Part shown: positions 1 through 8,479 of the stretch, in pieces
Numbering within the stretch: the stretch's first letter is position 1
How the letters are laid out: every line of letters begins with the position of its first letter
Assembly: GCA_963695555.1 (NCBI GenBank)
Contig: CAVOGR010000004.1
Span: 32,001-96,000, forward strand
Direction: 5' to 3'
Origin: an uncultured Gemmatimonadales bacterium
Lineage (GTDB): Bacteria > Gemmatimonadota > Gemmatimonadetes > Gemmatimonadales > GWC2-71-9
Length of the DNA stretch: 64,000 nt
Notes under the pieces: model-generated
What the model was told of the DNA's origin: nothing
The model's input: only the letters and a program-made list of their open reading frames with translations
Database searches by the model: none
Position numbers and translations under genes: made by a program

Positions 1-594
1 AAATTCACACCGCAGTTCTCGCGCTTCCTGCAGGAAGAGCAGCTCGAGCAGGCCATCCAGGTGGCCGAGAAGCAGAAGATGTGCCACGTGGCGCGCGTCC
101 TCGGGGAGGCCCTCGTCGAGATCAAGCCGCTGCTGCGCGATCGCTCGACCGTCACCTCGGCCGACATCAACTCGGCGGAACGCGCGGTGGACCGGCAGAT
201 GCTGATCCTCCAGGCGGAGTTGAAGCGGGGCATGGGCATCCTGGCCACGGTGGGCTCCACGGCCCCGTTCGTCGGACTGCTCGGTACCACGATGGGCATC
301 GTGAACTCGTTCACCGGCATGGCGGAGTCCGGTTCCGGCGGTCTCGCCGCGGTGTCGGCCGGTATCGCCGAGGCCCTCATCACGACGGCGTTCGGTCTGC
401 TCGTGGCCATTCCGGCGGTGTGGTTCTACAACTACTTCCAGACGAAGATGGAGAACCTCACGGTCGAGATGACGTACACGTCCAAGGAGTTGATCGACTT
501 CCTGATCAAGCAGGTCGGCTCGGAGTTCGGTCGTTCGATCTTCACCAAGGAATTCAAGGCGCAGTCGGCGGCCCAGTCCGGTCACATCACCTGA
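1..594 (+). CDS. exbB: MotA/TolQ/ExbB proton channel protein (5' truncated by window)
   Basis: LATVGSTAPFVGLLGT and GIAEALITTAFGLLVAIPA motifs; frame open from window start; followed by two ExbD genes. Confidence 0.92.
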   Translation, partial: KFTPQFSRFLQEEQLEQAIQVAEKQKMCHVARVLGEALVEIKPLLRDRSTVTSADINSAERAVDRQMLILQAELKRGMGILATVGSTAPFVGLLGTTMGIVNSFTGMAESGSGGLAAVSAGIAEALITTAFGLLVAIPAVWFYNYFQTKMENLTVEMTYTSKELIDFLIKQVGSEFGRSIFTKEFKAQSAAQSGHIT

Positions 595-635
595 TCGCCT
601 GAACCGCAGCGCCGGACGATTTCGAGGAGGATCGG

Positions 636-1075
636 ATGGGAGCAGACGTAGGAGGCGGAGGATCGGTCAAGTCGGAACCCAATGTGATTCCGATGATCGA
701 CATCATGCTGGTGCTGCTGATCATCTTCATGATCGTGACACCGTGATTACGGCGGGGTTCCAGGCAACGATGCCGCGGGGCGCCAATCTCGACCCCAGTC
801 CCGAAGGCGAAAACGAAGTGGTTCTGGGCATCGACGTGAACGGCCACTACTACCTGGATGGACGCCGGGTACAGGACGGCGCGCTGGAGGACATCTTGCG
901 AAGCGTCTATGCCGCGCGATCGGAAGACAAGATCCTGTACTTCAAGGCCGACCAATCCTTGCGCTTCCAGAAAATCGAGGAAGCCGTGGAGATCGCCCGG
1001 CGCTCCGGTGTGCGCGTCATGGCGGCCATTACCGAGCCGCAGCAGAGCGGGTCTATCTTCGGCTCGGAGGAATAG
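636..1075 (+). CDS. exbD: ExbD/TolR protein, split by an apparent 1-nt frameshift at about 743
   Basis: GAGGAGG RBS then ATG 636 gives MGADVGGGGSVKSEPNVIPMIDIMLVLLIIFMIVTP then TGA 744-746; the rest (VITAGF...LYFKADQ) continues in the ORF 743..1075. Confidence 0.85.
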
Positions 1076-1078
1076 ACC

Positions 1079-1510
1079 ATGGCAATGTCAACTGAAAGCG
1101 GCGCCGGAACGATGACGTCGGAGCCCAATGTGGTTCCGATGATCGATATCCTGCTCGTGCTGCTCATCATCTTCATGATCTCGCAGCCGTTGAGCCGGAT
1201 GGCACTGGACGTGCAGGTGCCCCCGCCCCAGACCTCCCAGGCCTCGGGTCCTTCGAATCAGATCGTGCTCGAGGTGCGGGATGACGGGAGCTATGCGATC
1301 AACTCCCAGCCGGTGCCGAAGGACCAACTGGACACTCAAATCCATGCGATCTACGACACTCGTCCAGTAAAGCTCATGTTCGTCAAGGCGGGACACAACC
1401 GTCGCTATCAGGAAGTCATCGAAGCGATGGATATTGCCCGTGGCGCGGGCGTGCAGGTCATCGGCTTCACACCGGCCGAGGCGCAGGGGTCGGACCAGGC
1501 CGCACAGTAG
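1079..1510 (+). CDS. exbD: ExbD/TolR protein, second copy
   Basis: EPNVVPMIDILLVLLIIFM transmembrane motif with conserved Asp. Confidence 0.92.
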   Translation: MAMSTESGAGTMTSEPNVVPMIDILLVLLIIFMISQPLSRMALDVQVPPPQTSQASGPSNQIVLEVRDDGSYAINSQPVPKDQLDTQIHAIYDTRPVKLMFVKAGHNRRYQEVIEAMDIARGAGVQVIGFTPAEAQGSDQAAQ

Positions 1511-1529
1511 CAAATCTGTTCGAGGATCA

Positions 1530-1577
1530 TCGGGGGCCGGGTGCCACTGGATACGGCGCCCGGTCCCCGACTCTTTT
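1530..1577 (+). terminator. Intrinsic terminator after exbD
   Basis: 16-bp stem TCGGGGGCCGGGTGCC/GGCGCCCGGTCCCCGA (2 GU pairs) followed by CTCTTTT. Confidence 0.75.
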
Positions 1578-1806
1578 GTGGTGTGTCAGTCTCAGGCTTC
1601 CGCTCCGCGACGGACGCCGCCACACCGGCGTCGACGAAAGTGGCGGCCCATCCGTTCGACCTGTGTCACCCGGCATCCATACGACGTCCTAGTCCGGGGA
1701 GCGCCGAGGCGCGCCGGCGCCGAATGCCATGGCTGGCCGCTCCCGATAATCGGGCGTCGGTCGCCGCTCTTGTAGCGGTACCCACGCCCGATTTTGTTTA
1801 GACGAG

Positions 1807-2592
1807 ATGACCAAGCAGCCTGTGCCCGCACTTCGCTTCATCATGCCCAAGGGCCGACGCGAGCCCGTGGCCGGACTCATCCTGTCGCTGGCGCTGCACG
1901 GGGCCATCGTCGGGCTCGTCTGGTATGGACTGGCCAACGATATCCTGACCGGGCGGGACCCGGGCGCGGGACTCGACGGTGGCGGAGGGGGTGGAGGCGG
2001 GGGTGGTGGAGGCGGTCGGGTGCACCTCATCACGTTGCCAACGCCGCCGCCACGCAGCGAGGTCGTCATTGTCGAGGTGCCCCGGCCTGTTCCGCCTCCG
2101 CCCGTTGAGGTCTCGACGATTCCCCCGATCGACATCGCCGTGGTCGACACGCCCGTCGTTGTGCCGAACGACTCCATCACGGTGGCAGCTGTGGGCCAAG
2201 GGGACGCGCCTGGAGCGTCGGTGGCGGGTCAGGGTCCTGGCTCCGGCGGAGGGTCGGGTGGTGGCCAGGGAGGTGGGGTCGGGAACGGCATCGGGGGCGG
2301 GACCGGCCCCGGCACGGGAGGAGATGGCTCGCTGGCCCGGAACCCGGAACCTCGACAGCTGCTCCTTCCCCCGGAGGTCAAGGACAAGAAGCTCCGGGGC
2401 CAAACCTACGCGGTCACATTCTGGGTCCGGGCCGATGGGAGGGTCGACCGGATTCGGATCATTCCGGAGCTGCCGGACAGGGAATACGCCGAGAAGTTCC
2501 GCGAGCGGATGGAGGGCTACCTGTTCCGCCCCGCGCGTTCCCCGAGGGGTGAGCCGGTGCCCGGCACGATCAAGATCAGTGTGAGCCTCTAG
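1807..2592 (+). CDS. TonB-like energy transducer protein
   Basis: N-terminal TM helix with SxxxH (LSLALHG), Gly/Pro-rich linker, C-terminal FWVRADGRV...FRPAR resembling TonB_C; next to exbBD. Confidence 0.7.
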   Translation: MTKQPVPALRFIMPKGRREPVAGLILSLALHGAIVGLVWYGLANDILTGRDPGAGLDGGGGGGGGGGGGGRVHLITLPTPPPRSEVVIVEVPRPVPPPPVEVSTIPPIDIAVVDTPVVVPNDSITVAAVGQGDAPGASVAGQGPGSGGGSGGGQGGGVGNGIGGGTGPGTGGDGSLARNPEPRQLLLPPEVKDKKLRGQTYAVTFWVRADGRVDRIRIIPELPDREYAEKFRERMEGYLFRPARSPRGEPVPGTIKISVSL

Positions 2593-3491
2593 CCCGCCGC
2601 CAGGGCCGCTGCGAGTGTGAGCGCGCCTTGGGCCGGCTCGACCGGGCGATCGACCAGGGCAAAACGGTCGTGGGCCTGAATGGCGCCGGCCACACGATCG
2701 CGAAGCGGCATGCCCGCTCGGAGCATCCCGCCATGCAGGGCGATCGCCACGGGTTCGTCGCCCTCGAAGTGCGTCAGCATGCTTTCGGCCAAGCGCACCA
2801 GGTCCCGCGCGCTCACTTCTACCAGGCGCTGCGCGACCGGGTCATCGGTCTTTGCCGCCTCGAGCACGGGCAGGGCCAGCGAGGCCACAGCGCCGGGTGC
2901 GGCGGTGGCGGCCCAGCGGACCAGCGCGTTGAAGTCGCGCGTGCGGGTCACGGCCAAGAGTGCCGCCGTCAGTGCGGTTGCCGGGCCACGACCATCCTGA
3001 GCCCACCCTACCGCACCCAAGGCCGCTCGTCCCAGCGCGTATCCGCTTCCCTCGTCGCCCATCTGCCAGCCGTACCCGCCGCCGCGATGGATCACCCCGT
3101 CATGGTCGCGGGCGACGGCAGCACTGCCCGTGCCGGACGCCACCACGATGCCCGGCTCATCACCGAAGGCGGCGACGATGGCGATCTCCAGATCTGTGGT
3201 CACGCGGATCTGATCGGCCAGATCTTCAATGCGGAGGGCCTGGGCCAGCTCTGTCCGATCCGTTGGGTGGCCCGCGCCCGCGGCGCCCACGACGAGCGCC
3301 TTGCAACGGAGCACGCCGGCCTCCGCGAGCGCCTGCCGCACGCATTCGGCGATCGGGCTGACCGATGCGAGCGCTCTCCCCGGGCGCACCGCGGCGCCTG
3401 GGCCCGTGGCTCGACCAGCCACGGCATCCGGCATTCCGACCAGCGCCACCGTCTTGGTGCCGCCGACATCCGCACCGGCTACGATCGTCAT
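2589..3491 (-). CDS. BadF/BadG/BcrA/BcrD-type N-acetylglucosamine/N-acetylmuramic acid kinase (MurK-like)
   Basis: GADVGGTKT, SGTGS and GGYGWQMGDEGSGY motifs. Confidence 0.85.
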   Translation of the reverse strand: MTIVAGADVGGTKTVALVGMPDAVAGRATGPGAAVRPGRALASVSPIAECVRQALAEAGVLRCKALVVGAAGAGHPTDRTELAQALRIEDLADQIRVTTDLEIAIVAAFGDEPGIVVASGTGSAAVARDHDGVIHRGGGYGWQMGDEGSGYALGRAALGAVGWAQDGRGPATALTAALLAVTRTRDFNALVRWAATAAPGAVASLALPVLEAAKTDDPVAQRLVEVSARDLVRLAESMLTHFEGDEPVAIALHGGMLRAGMPLRDRVAGAIQAHDRFALVDRPVEPAQGALTLAAALAAG

Positions 3492-4969
3492 GAGACGCTA
3501 CCTCCCCGGGTGGGCACGAGGCTGAGCCCGATCCCTGCGAGCACGGTAATAACCGTTCCGAGCGGCACGTACCAGGGCCACGCCAATCTTCCCACGATTC
3601 CGAGCCACTCCAGCCCGGTGGCCCCCGCGAGGCGGTTGGCGAACACCACCACCAGCATCACGAGCACGGTCGCCGAGACGGCGCCAATCACGTCCCGGCC
3701 GCGTGCCCTGGGCCATCGGCCGGCCAGGAGATAGGTCCCAAGCAGGCCACCGTAGGTAATCGATGCGATCGAGAGGGCCAAGACCACAACGGGGGTGTTC
3801 TCGGCCCCGGTGGAGCGATGAAAGAGCAGCGCCGCCCCGATCAGGCCGCCGGCCCACGCGGCCGAGAACCAGCGACCGGCGCGAAGCAGCGCATCCGGAT
3901 CGCGGACTTTCATGAGACCGGCATAGAGATCGTGTGTCACGGACGAGGCGAGTGCGTTGATCGACGAGCTGAGCGTGCTCATCGCAGCCGCGATGATGCC
4001 CGCGACGACCAGACCGGCGAGACCAACCGGCAGGTGATCGATGATGAACTGCGGGAAGTAGTGGTCGGCCGGCTGGTCGAGCGGTGCGAGGCCGGCAGCC
4101 CAAATTGCGGACCCCACGAGGAGAAACAGGAGGAACTGCGCGATCACCACCACGCCGGACCCGACCAGCGCGATACGCGCCTTCCGGAGCGATCCGGTTG
4201 CCAAGAGACGTTGGACGATGAGATGGTCGGTCCCGTGCGAGGCGGCGGATAACAGCGCGCCGCCGACCAGTCCGCCCAGCAGGGAGTAGGTCGTCGTCAG
4301 ATTCCACACCGGCTCGATCAGCCGGAGCTTTCCGGCCGCGGCGGCGGCGTCGAACGCGGCCCCGGCCCCGCCGGCGAGGTTCCAGGCGATGCCGAGTGCC
4401 GCGGCCCCGCCCGCCACGTAGACCAGCAGTTGGAGGACGTCGGCCCAGACCACGGCCTTGAGTCCGCCCAGAAGAGTGTACACCAGCGTCACCGACCCAA
4501 TGGCGAGTATCGCGGCGGGAATGCTCCACCCCGTGACGAGAGCGAGTGGGATGGCGCCGGCAAAGACGCGCACACCGTCGCCGAGAAACCTGGTGACCAG
4601 GAACACGGTCGAGATGAGGCGTCGAGTCGTCGGGCCGAAGCGCGACTCGAGCCGGGCGTAGGCGGTTTCCTGGTCGCCCGTGAAGTACCCGGGCAGAAGC
4701 CAGATGGCGACACCGATGCGGCCGATCAGATACCCGAAGGCAAGCTGCAGGAAGGTGAGATCGCCGCGGGCCGCAATGCCGGGGACCGAAATGACGGTGA
4801 GCGCCGATGTCTCGGTGGCGACGATCGACAGCAGGATGGCCCAGGCCGGCAGGTGGCGGGCACCCAAGAAATAGTCGCCGGCGGTTTCCTGCCGGCGGGA
4901 GACCCAGAGTCCGAGTCCCAGTGTAACAACGAAGTAGACGGCAATGACCGTCAGATCGGCTGGGCGCAT
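3488..4969 (-). CDS. Sodium:solute symporter (SSS family)
   Basis: DYFLGAR, SIVATETSALT, GGLKAVVWAD, AAMSTLSSSINAL; many TM helices; ATG at 4969. Confidence 0.9.
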   Translation of the reverse strand: MRPADLTVIAVYFVVTLGLGLWVSRRQETAGDYFLGARHLPAWAILLSIVATETSALTVISVPGIAARGDLTFLQLAFGYLIGRIGVAIWLLPGYFTGDQETAYARLESRFGPTTRRLISTVFLVTRFLGDGVRVFAGAIPLALVTGWSIPAAILAIGSVTLVYTLLGGLKAVVWADVLQLLVYVAGGAAALGIAWNLAGGAGAAFDAAAAAGKLRLIEPVWNLTTTYSLLGGLVGGALLSAASHGTDHLIVQRLLATGSLRKARIALVGSGVVVIAQFLLFLLVGSAIWAAGLAPLDQPADHYFPQFIIDHLPVGLAGLVVAGIIAAAMSTLSSSINALASSVTHDLYAGLMKVRDPDALLRAGRWFSAAWAGGLIGAALLFHRSTGAENTPVVVLALSIASITYGGLLGTYLLAGRWPRARGRDVIGAVSATVLVMLVVVFANRLAGATGLEWLGIVGRLAWPWYVPLGTVITVLAGIGLSLVPTRGGSVS

Positions 4970-5026
4970 CAACAACAAGGGCTCACACGCTGTCGCGGTG
5001 AGCCCTCGATGGAGTGAATGGCGACC

Positions 5027-5395
5027 TTACGCGGAAAAACTGTCGCCGCAGCCACAGCCACCAGTGGCGTTGGGGTTCTTGAAAGTGAAGCCCGAGGCCT
5101 GCATGGTGGACACGTAATCAACTTCCATTCCGACCAGATACTGAGCGCTGAACCCGTCGACGAAGAGACGGACGTTGTTGACCTCGAGTACGAGATCATC
5201 CTCGAGCGCGCGCTCTTCGATGTTCAGGCTGTATTTGAATCCCGAACAGCCACCAGGGAGTACGCTGACGCGCAGTCCCGCCGTCTCTTCCGGTACCTGC
5301 TCCTGCGCTATGAATTGCTTGACTTCCTGCGCCGCCCGGTCGGTGAGCGTCATTTGGAAGCCCGTCTCTGCCGTCTGATGATCAGTTGTGCTCAC
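5027..5395 (-). CDS. A-type Fe-S carrier (HesB/IscA/ErpA family)
   Basis: GGCSGFKY and NPNATGGCGCGDSF motifs; GTG 5395 with GGAGG RBS. Confidence 0.93.
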   Translation of the reverse strand: MSTTDHQTAETGFQMTLTDRAAQEVKQFIAQEQVPEETAGLRVSVLPGGCSGFKYSLNIEERALEDDLVLEVNNVRLFVDGFSAQYLVGMEVDYVSTMQASGFTFKNPNATGGCGCGDSFSA

Positions 5396-5468
5396 CGCTT
5401 CCTCCGTGGCACCCCCCGTAGCCCCGGGGGTGTGGATGGCCGGAATCGCCCGGCAACAACATCTGTCA

Positions 5469-5497
5469 AAGCTAGAAAACGCGATCGATCCTGTCAA
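5469..5497 (-). promoter_or_regulatory. Sigma70-type promoter for the erpA/iscA gene
   Basis: Minus strand TTGACA-N17-TAGCTT. Confidence 0.65.
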
Positions 5498-5518
5498 ACA
5501 AACGCTGCTCGAGGGGGC

Positions 5519-6725
5519 TCAGTGGCGCTCCAGCACGCCGACAACCCGGTCTGCCACCGCTCGGCGAAGCGGGCCGGTCCGATTATTCTCGCGGGTGGGG
5601 TGCACCCGATTGGTCAGGAGAACAAGGACCAGGTTCCGGTCCGGGTCGATCCAGAGCGACGTGCCCGTGAAGCCGGTATGGCCGAAACTGGACGCGGATA
5701 ACAGGGTCCCGGCACTGTTCGTCCCGGTGGGTGTGTCCCATCCGAGGGCCCGGCTCGAACCCGGCATCACCTCCTGGCGCCGGGTGAATTCGCGCACCAT
5801 TGGCCCGGCACATGCCAATATTGGCAGGCGGCGCGGGGGTGAGTCGCCTTGGCAGCGTGGGTCGTCCTCGACGTCGGCCTCGCAGCCTGGCCAAGTACCA
5901 CTCGCCGAAGGTCATCAGATCGGTCACGGTGCCGAACAGCCCGGCGTGGCCCGAGACACCGTCCAGCCGGGCGGCGTTTTCGTCATGGACCTCTCCCCAC
6001 AGCATCCGGCCGCGCCACGGGTCCCGCTCGGTCGGGGCAATGTGCGCTCGAAGAGCGGCGGGCGGATGGTAGCGTGTGTGCCGCAGTCCGAGCGCGGGGA
6101 ATACATCGTGAGCCAGGATGGTGTCGATACGGCTCCCCCACACGGTTTCCACCGCTTGGGTGAGCACAATGGCGCCGAGATCCGAATACACGGTCGCGCT
6201 GCCGGGCACAGTGTCGAGCGGGGTCGTGTCGGCGAGCGCCAACGCCGCATCACGCGATTCCGCTTCCCGAAATAGTGGCCGCCATGCCGGAAGGCCAGTC
6301 GCATGCGTGAGCAAGTGGCGAATGGTCACCAGTTCCTTGCTGCCGCCGCCGAAGGCCGGGACGTAGCGGCGGACCGGTGCGTCCAGTTCGAGGAGGCCGC
6401 GGTCGACGGCGACCATGACAGCCGTGGTCAACCCGATCACCTTGGTGAGTGAGGCGAGGTCGTAGAGCGTCATCGAGTCCGGTCGGTCCGGCAGATCGAG
6501 GCCCAGGCGGCCTGTGCCATAGATCATGCGGCGCCCGCCGACACTCACCCCCAACACCGCCCCGGGCGCAACCCCGGCGCGCACCGCCGAATCGAGCACT
6601 GACGTAACCGGCGCCCAGTCCAGATCGGCCGCGAGATCGCCCGTCGGGATCGCGGGCGGTACGGCGGTGGAATGAAGGCACGCCCCGGCCCCGAGCAGGA
6701 GCCCGAGGAGGTGGGCCGCTTTCAT
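5519..6725 (-). CDS. Serine hydrolase, beta-lactamase family (AmiE-like amidase), predicted lipoprotein; apparent frameshift at about 5820-5890
   Basis: ATG 6725 MKAAHLLGLLLGAGAC lipobox; SLTK (SxxK), YSD and GEVHDEN in one frame; C-terminal FGHTGFTGTSLWIDP...LLTNRVHP in a second frame (5519..5818). Confidence 0.85.
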
Positions 6726-8479
6726 GGGCCGTCGATGCGGATTCCGGCGCCGATCGGCAGGAGCGGCGGGATGGAGATCGGCAGCGTACCGGTGAGCGGA
6801 GAAGCGCCGGTGAGGGCTCGAGCCACGGCTTCCTCCGTGGCCGGACGGGCGACCCATCCCAACAGGAACGACTGCACGCTTGGCGCCTGATGGATGATGT
6901 AGGGCGAACCCAGCGAGATGAGCACGGTCGGGCGTGTGCGAGCGATGCTGTCGATCAAACCCGCTGCGGCGATTGGGAGGTCGATGCTCGCGGTCCAGGG
7001 CGTGGGCCGGACCGCGCTCAGGAAGACGGCGACGGCGCCGCGATCGATGACCGCCCGAGCCGAGTCGTAGCTGGCTGCGCCGCTCTGCGGCCAGAGGGCG
7101 AATCGCTCGGTCCGGTAGCCCGCACTTTGCAACTCGGCGGCGAGCGTCACGCCGACCCCAACGTTGCGCTCGTCCGCCATGGCAATAAGTGAAATCGCAA
7201 CGGGTCGCCTGCGAAGACCCGCAACCACACCGCCCTCGTCCCGCGCCAGAACCAAGGAGCGAGCCGTTATGTCACGGGCGACCTGCTGGAACGCCTCGGC
7301 TCCAACTATTCCGGGAATGCTGTCGAGCCGGACTGCACGCCGATCCAGCAGACCCAGCTGCACCTTGAGGGCGAGGATTCGTCGCACCGATGTCTCCAGT
7401 CGTGTGCGGCTGATACGACCGGCGGCGACCGCCTGCTCCATGGCCTCGACGGCAATGGCCGGGTCGGTCGGTTGCAACAGCACATCGGCCCCGGCGAGGA
7501 ACGCCAACACCACGGCCTCACCCGGGCCGTAGGTGGTGACCACACCGCCCATGGTCAACGCGTCGGTCACCGCCAGTCCGTGAAACGCCAACGAGTCCCG
7601 CAGCACGGCGGTGAGCAGGTTCGGCGATAACGTGGCCGGTCTCGCGTCGGTGCGTGCGGGGTTGAGCGCGGGGATCGCGATGTGGGCCGACATGACGGCT
7701 GTCACTCCCGCGTCAATGGCCGCGCGGAACGGGATGAGCTCCAGGCTATCGAGCCTGGACCAGCCCGCCGCGATGGTCGGGAGCGAGACGTGAGAATCCG
7801 TTTCAGTGTCGCCGTGTCCGGGGAAATGCTTGGCAGTCGCCGGCATGCCATGGTCTTGGAGTCCTCTGACGCTGGCCGCCGTGAGACGCGCGACTCGCTG
7901 GGGGTCTTCTCCGAACGACCGTACGTTGATGATGGGGTTGGCGGGATTGTTGTTGACGTCCGCGACGGGGGCGAGCGCAATGGTGACGCCGACGGCCCGG
8001 CCTTCGAGCGCGGTGACGCGGCCCACCTCGTAGGCGTCCGATTCACTTCCGGTGGCGGCCACACCCATATTGGGAGGGAAGGGTGTCCCGCCGAGGAGGC
8101 GGATGGCGGTCCCAGATTCGAAGTCGGCCGCGACGAGCAGCGGCAAGCGGGAGCGGGCCTGCAGATAGTTGAGCTTGGCGGCAACATCGAGCGGTGAACC
8201 GACCGAGATGATGATGCCGCCAAGCTCCAGCGAATCAATCCACCTGGCCGCCCGCGTGACGGCCTCATCGTCGAAGGCGGCATACGTTCCGGCAATCCAC
8301 GGCACGATCAGTTGCCCGATGCGCTGACGGGTCGACAAGGTGGCCAGGATGGAATCGGCCATTTGGGCCGACGACACCGCCGGAGCGGGTGCTGGGGATT
8401 GCGGGGTCTGGGTCGAAGCCTGGGTCATGGGGCCACAGGCCGCGAAGGTCGAGAGGATGGTGAGTCGGGTGAGACGCAA
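6722..8479 (-). CDS. nagZ: GH3 beta-N-acetylhexosaminidase, predicted lipoprotein (start uncertain: TTG 8479 or GTG 8488)
   Basis: KHFPGHGDTETDSH and TDALTM GH3 NagZ motifs; signal LRLTRLTILSTFAAC. Confidence 0.9.
   Translation of the reverse strand: MRLTRLTILSTFAACGPMTQASTQTPQSPAPAPAVSSAQMADSILATLSTRQRIGQLIVPWIAGTYAAFDDEAVTRAARWIDSLELGGIIISVGSPLDVAAKLNYLQARSRLPLLVAADFESGTAIRLLGGTPFPPNMGVAATGSESDAYEVGRVTALEGRAVGVTIALAPVADVNNNPANPIINVRSFGEDPQRVARLTAASVRGLQDHGMPATAKHFPGHGDTETDSHVSLPTIAAGWSRLDSLELIPFRAAIDAGVTAVMSAHIAIPALNPARTDARPATLSPNLLTAVLRDSLAFHGLAVTDALTMGGVVTTYGPGEAVVLAFLAGADVLLQPTDPAIAVEAMEQAVAAGRISRTRLETSVRRILALKVQLGLLDRRAVRLDSIPGIVGAEAFQQVARDITARSLVLARDEGGVVAGLRRRPVAISLIAMADERNVGVGVTLAAELQSAGYRTERFALWPQSGAASYDSARAVIDRGAVAVFLSAVRPTPWTASIDLPIAAAGLIDSIARTRPTVLISLGSPYIIHQAPSVQSFLLGWVARPATEEAVARALTGASPLTGTLPISIPPLLPIGAGIRIDGP

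Noticed and set aside
1..1510. exbB-exbD-exbD as an AglRQS-like gliding motor
   Set aside because: Tandem ExbD genes are common in TonB systems, and no other gliding genes are recognisable here
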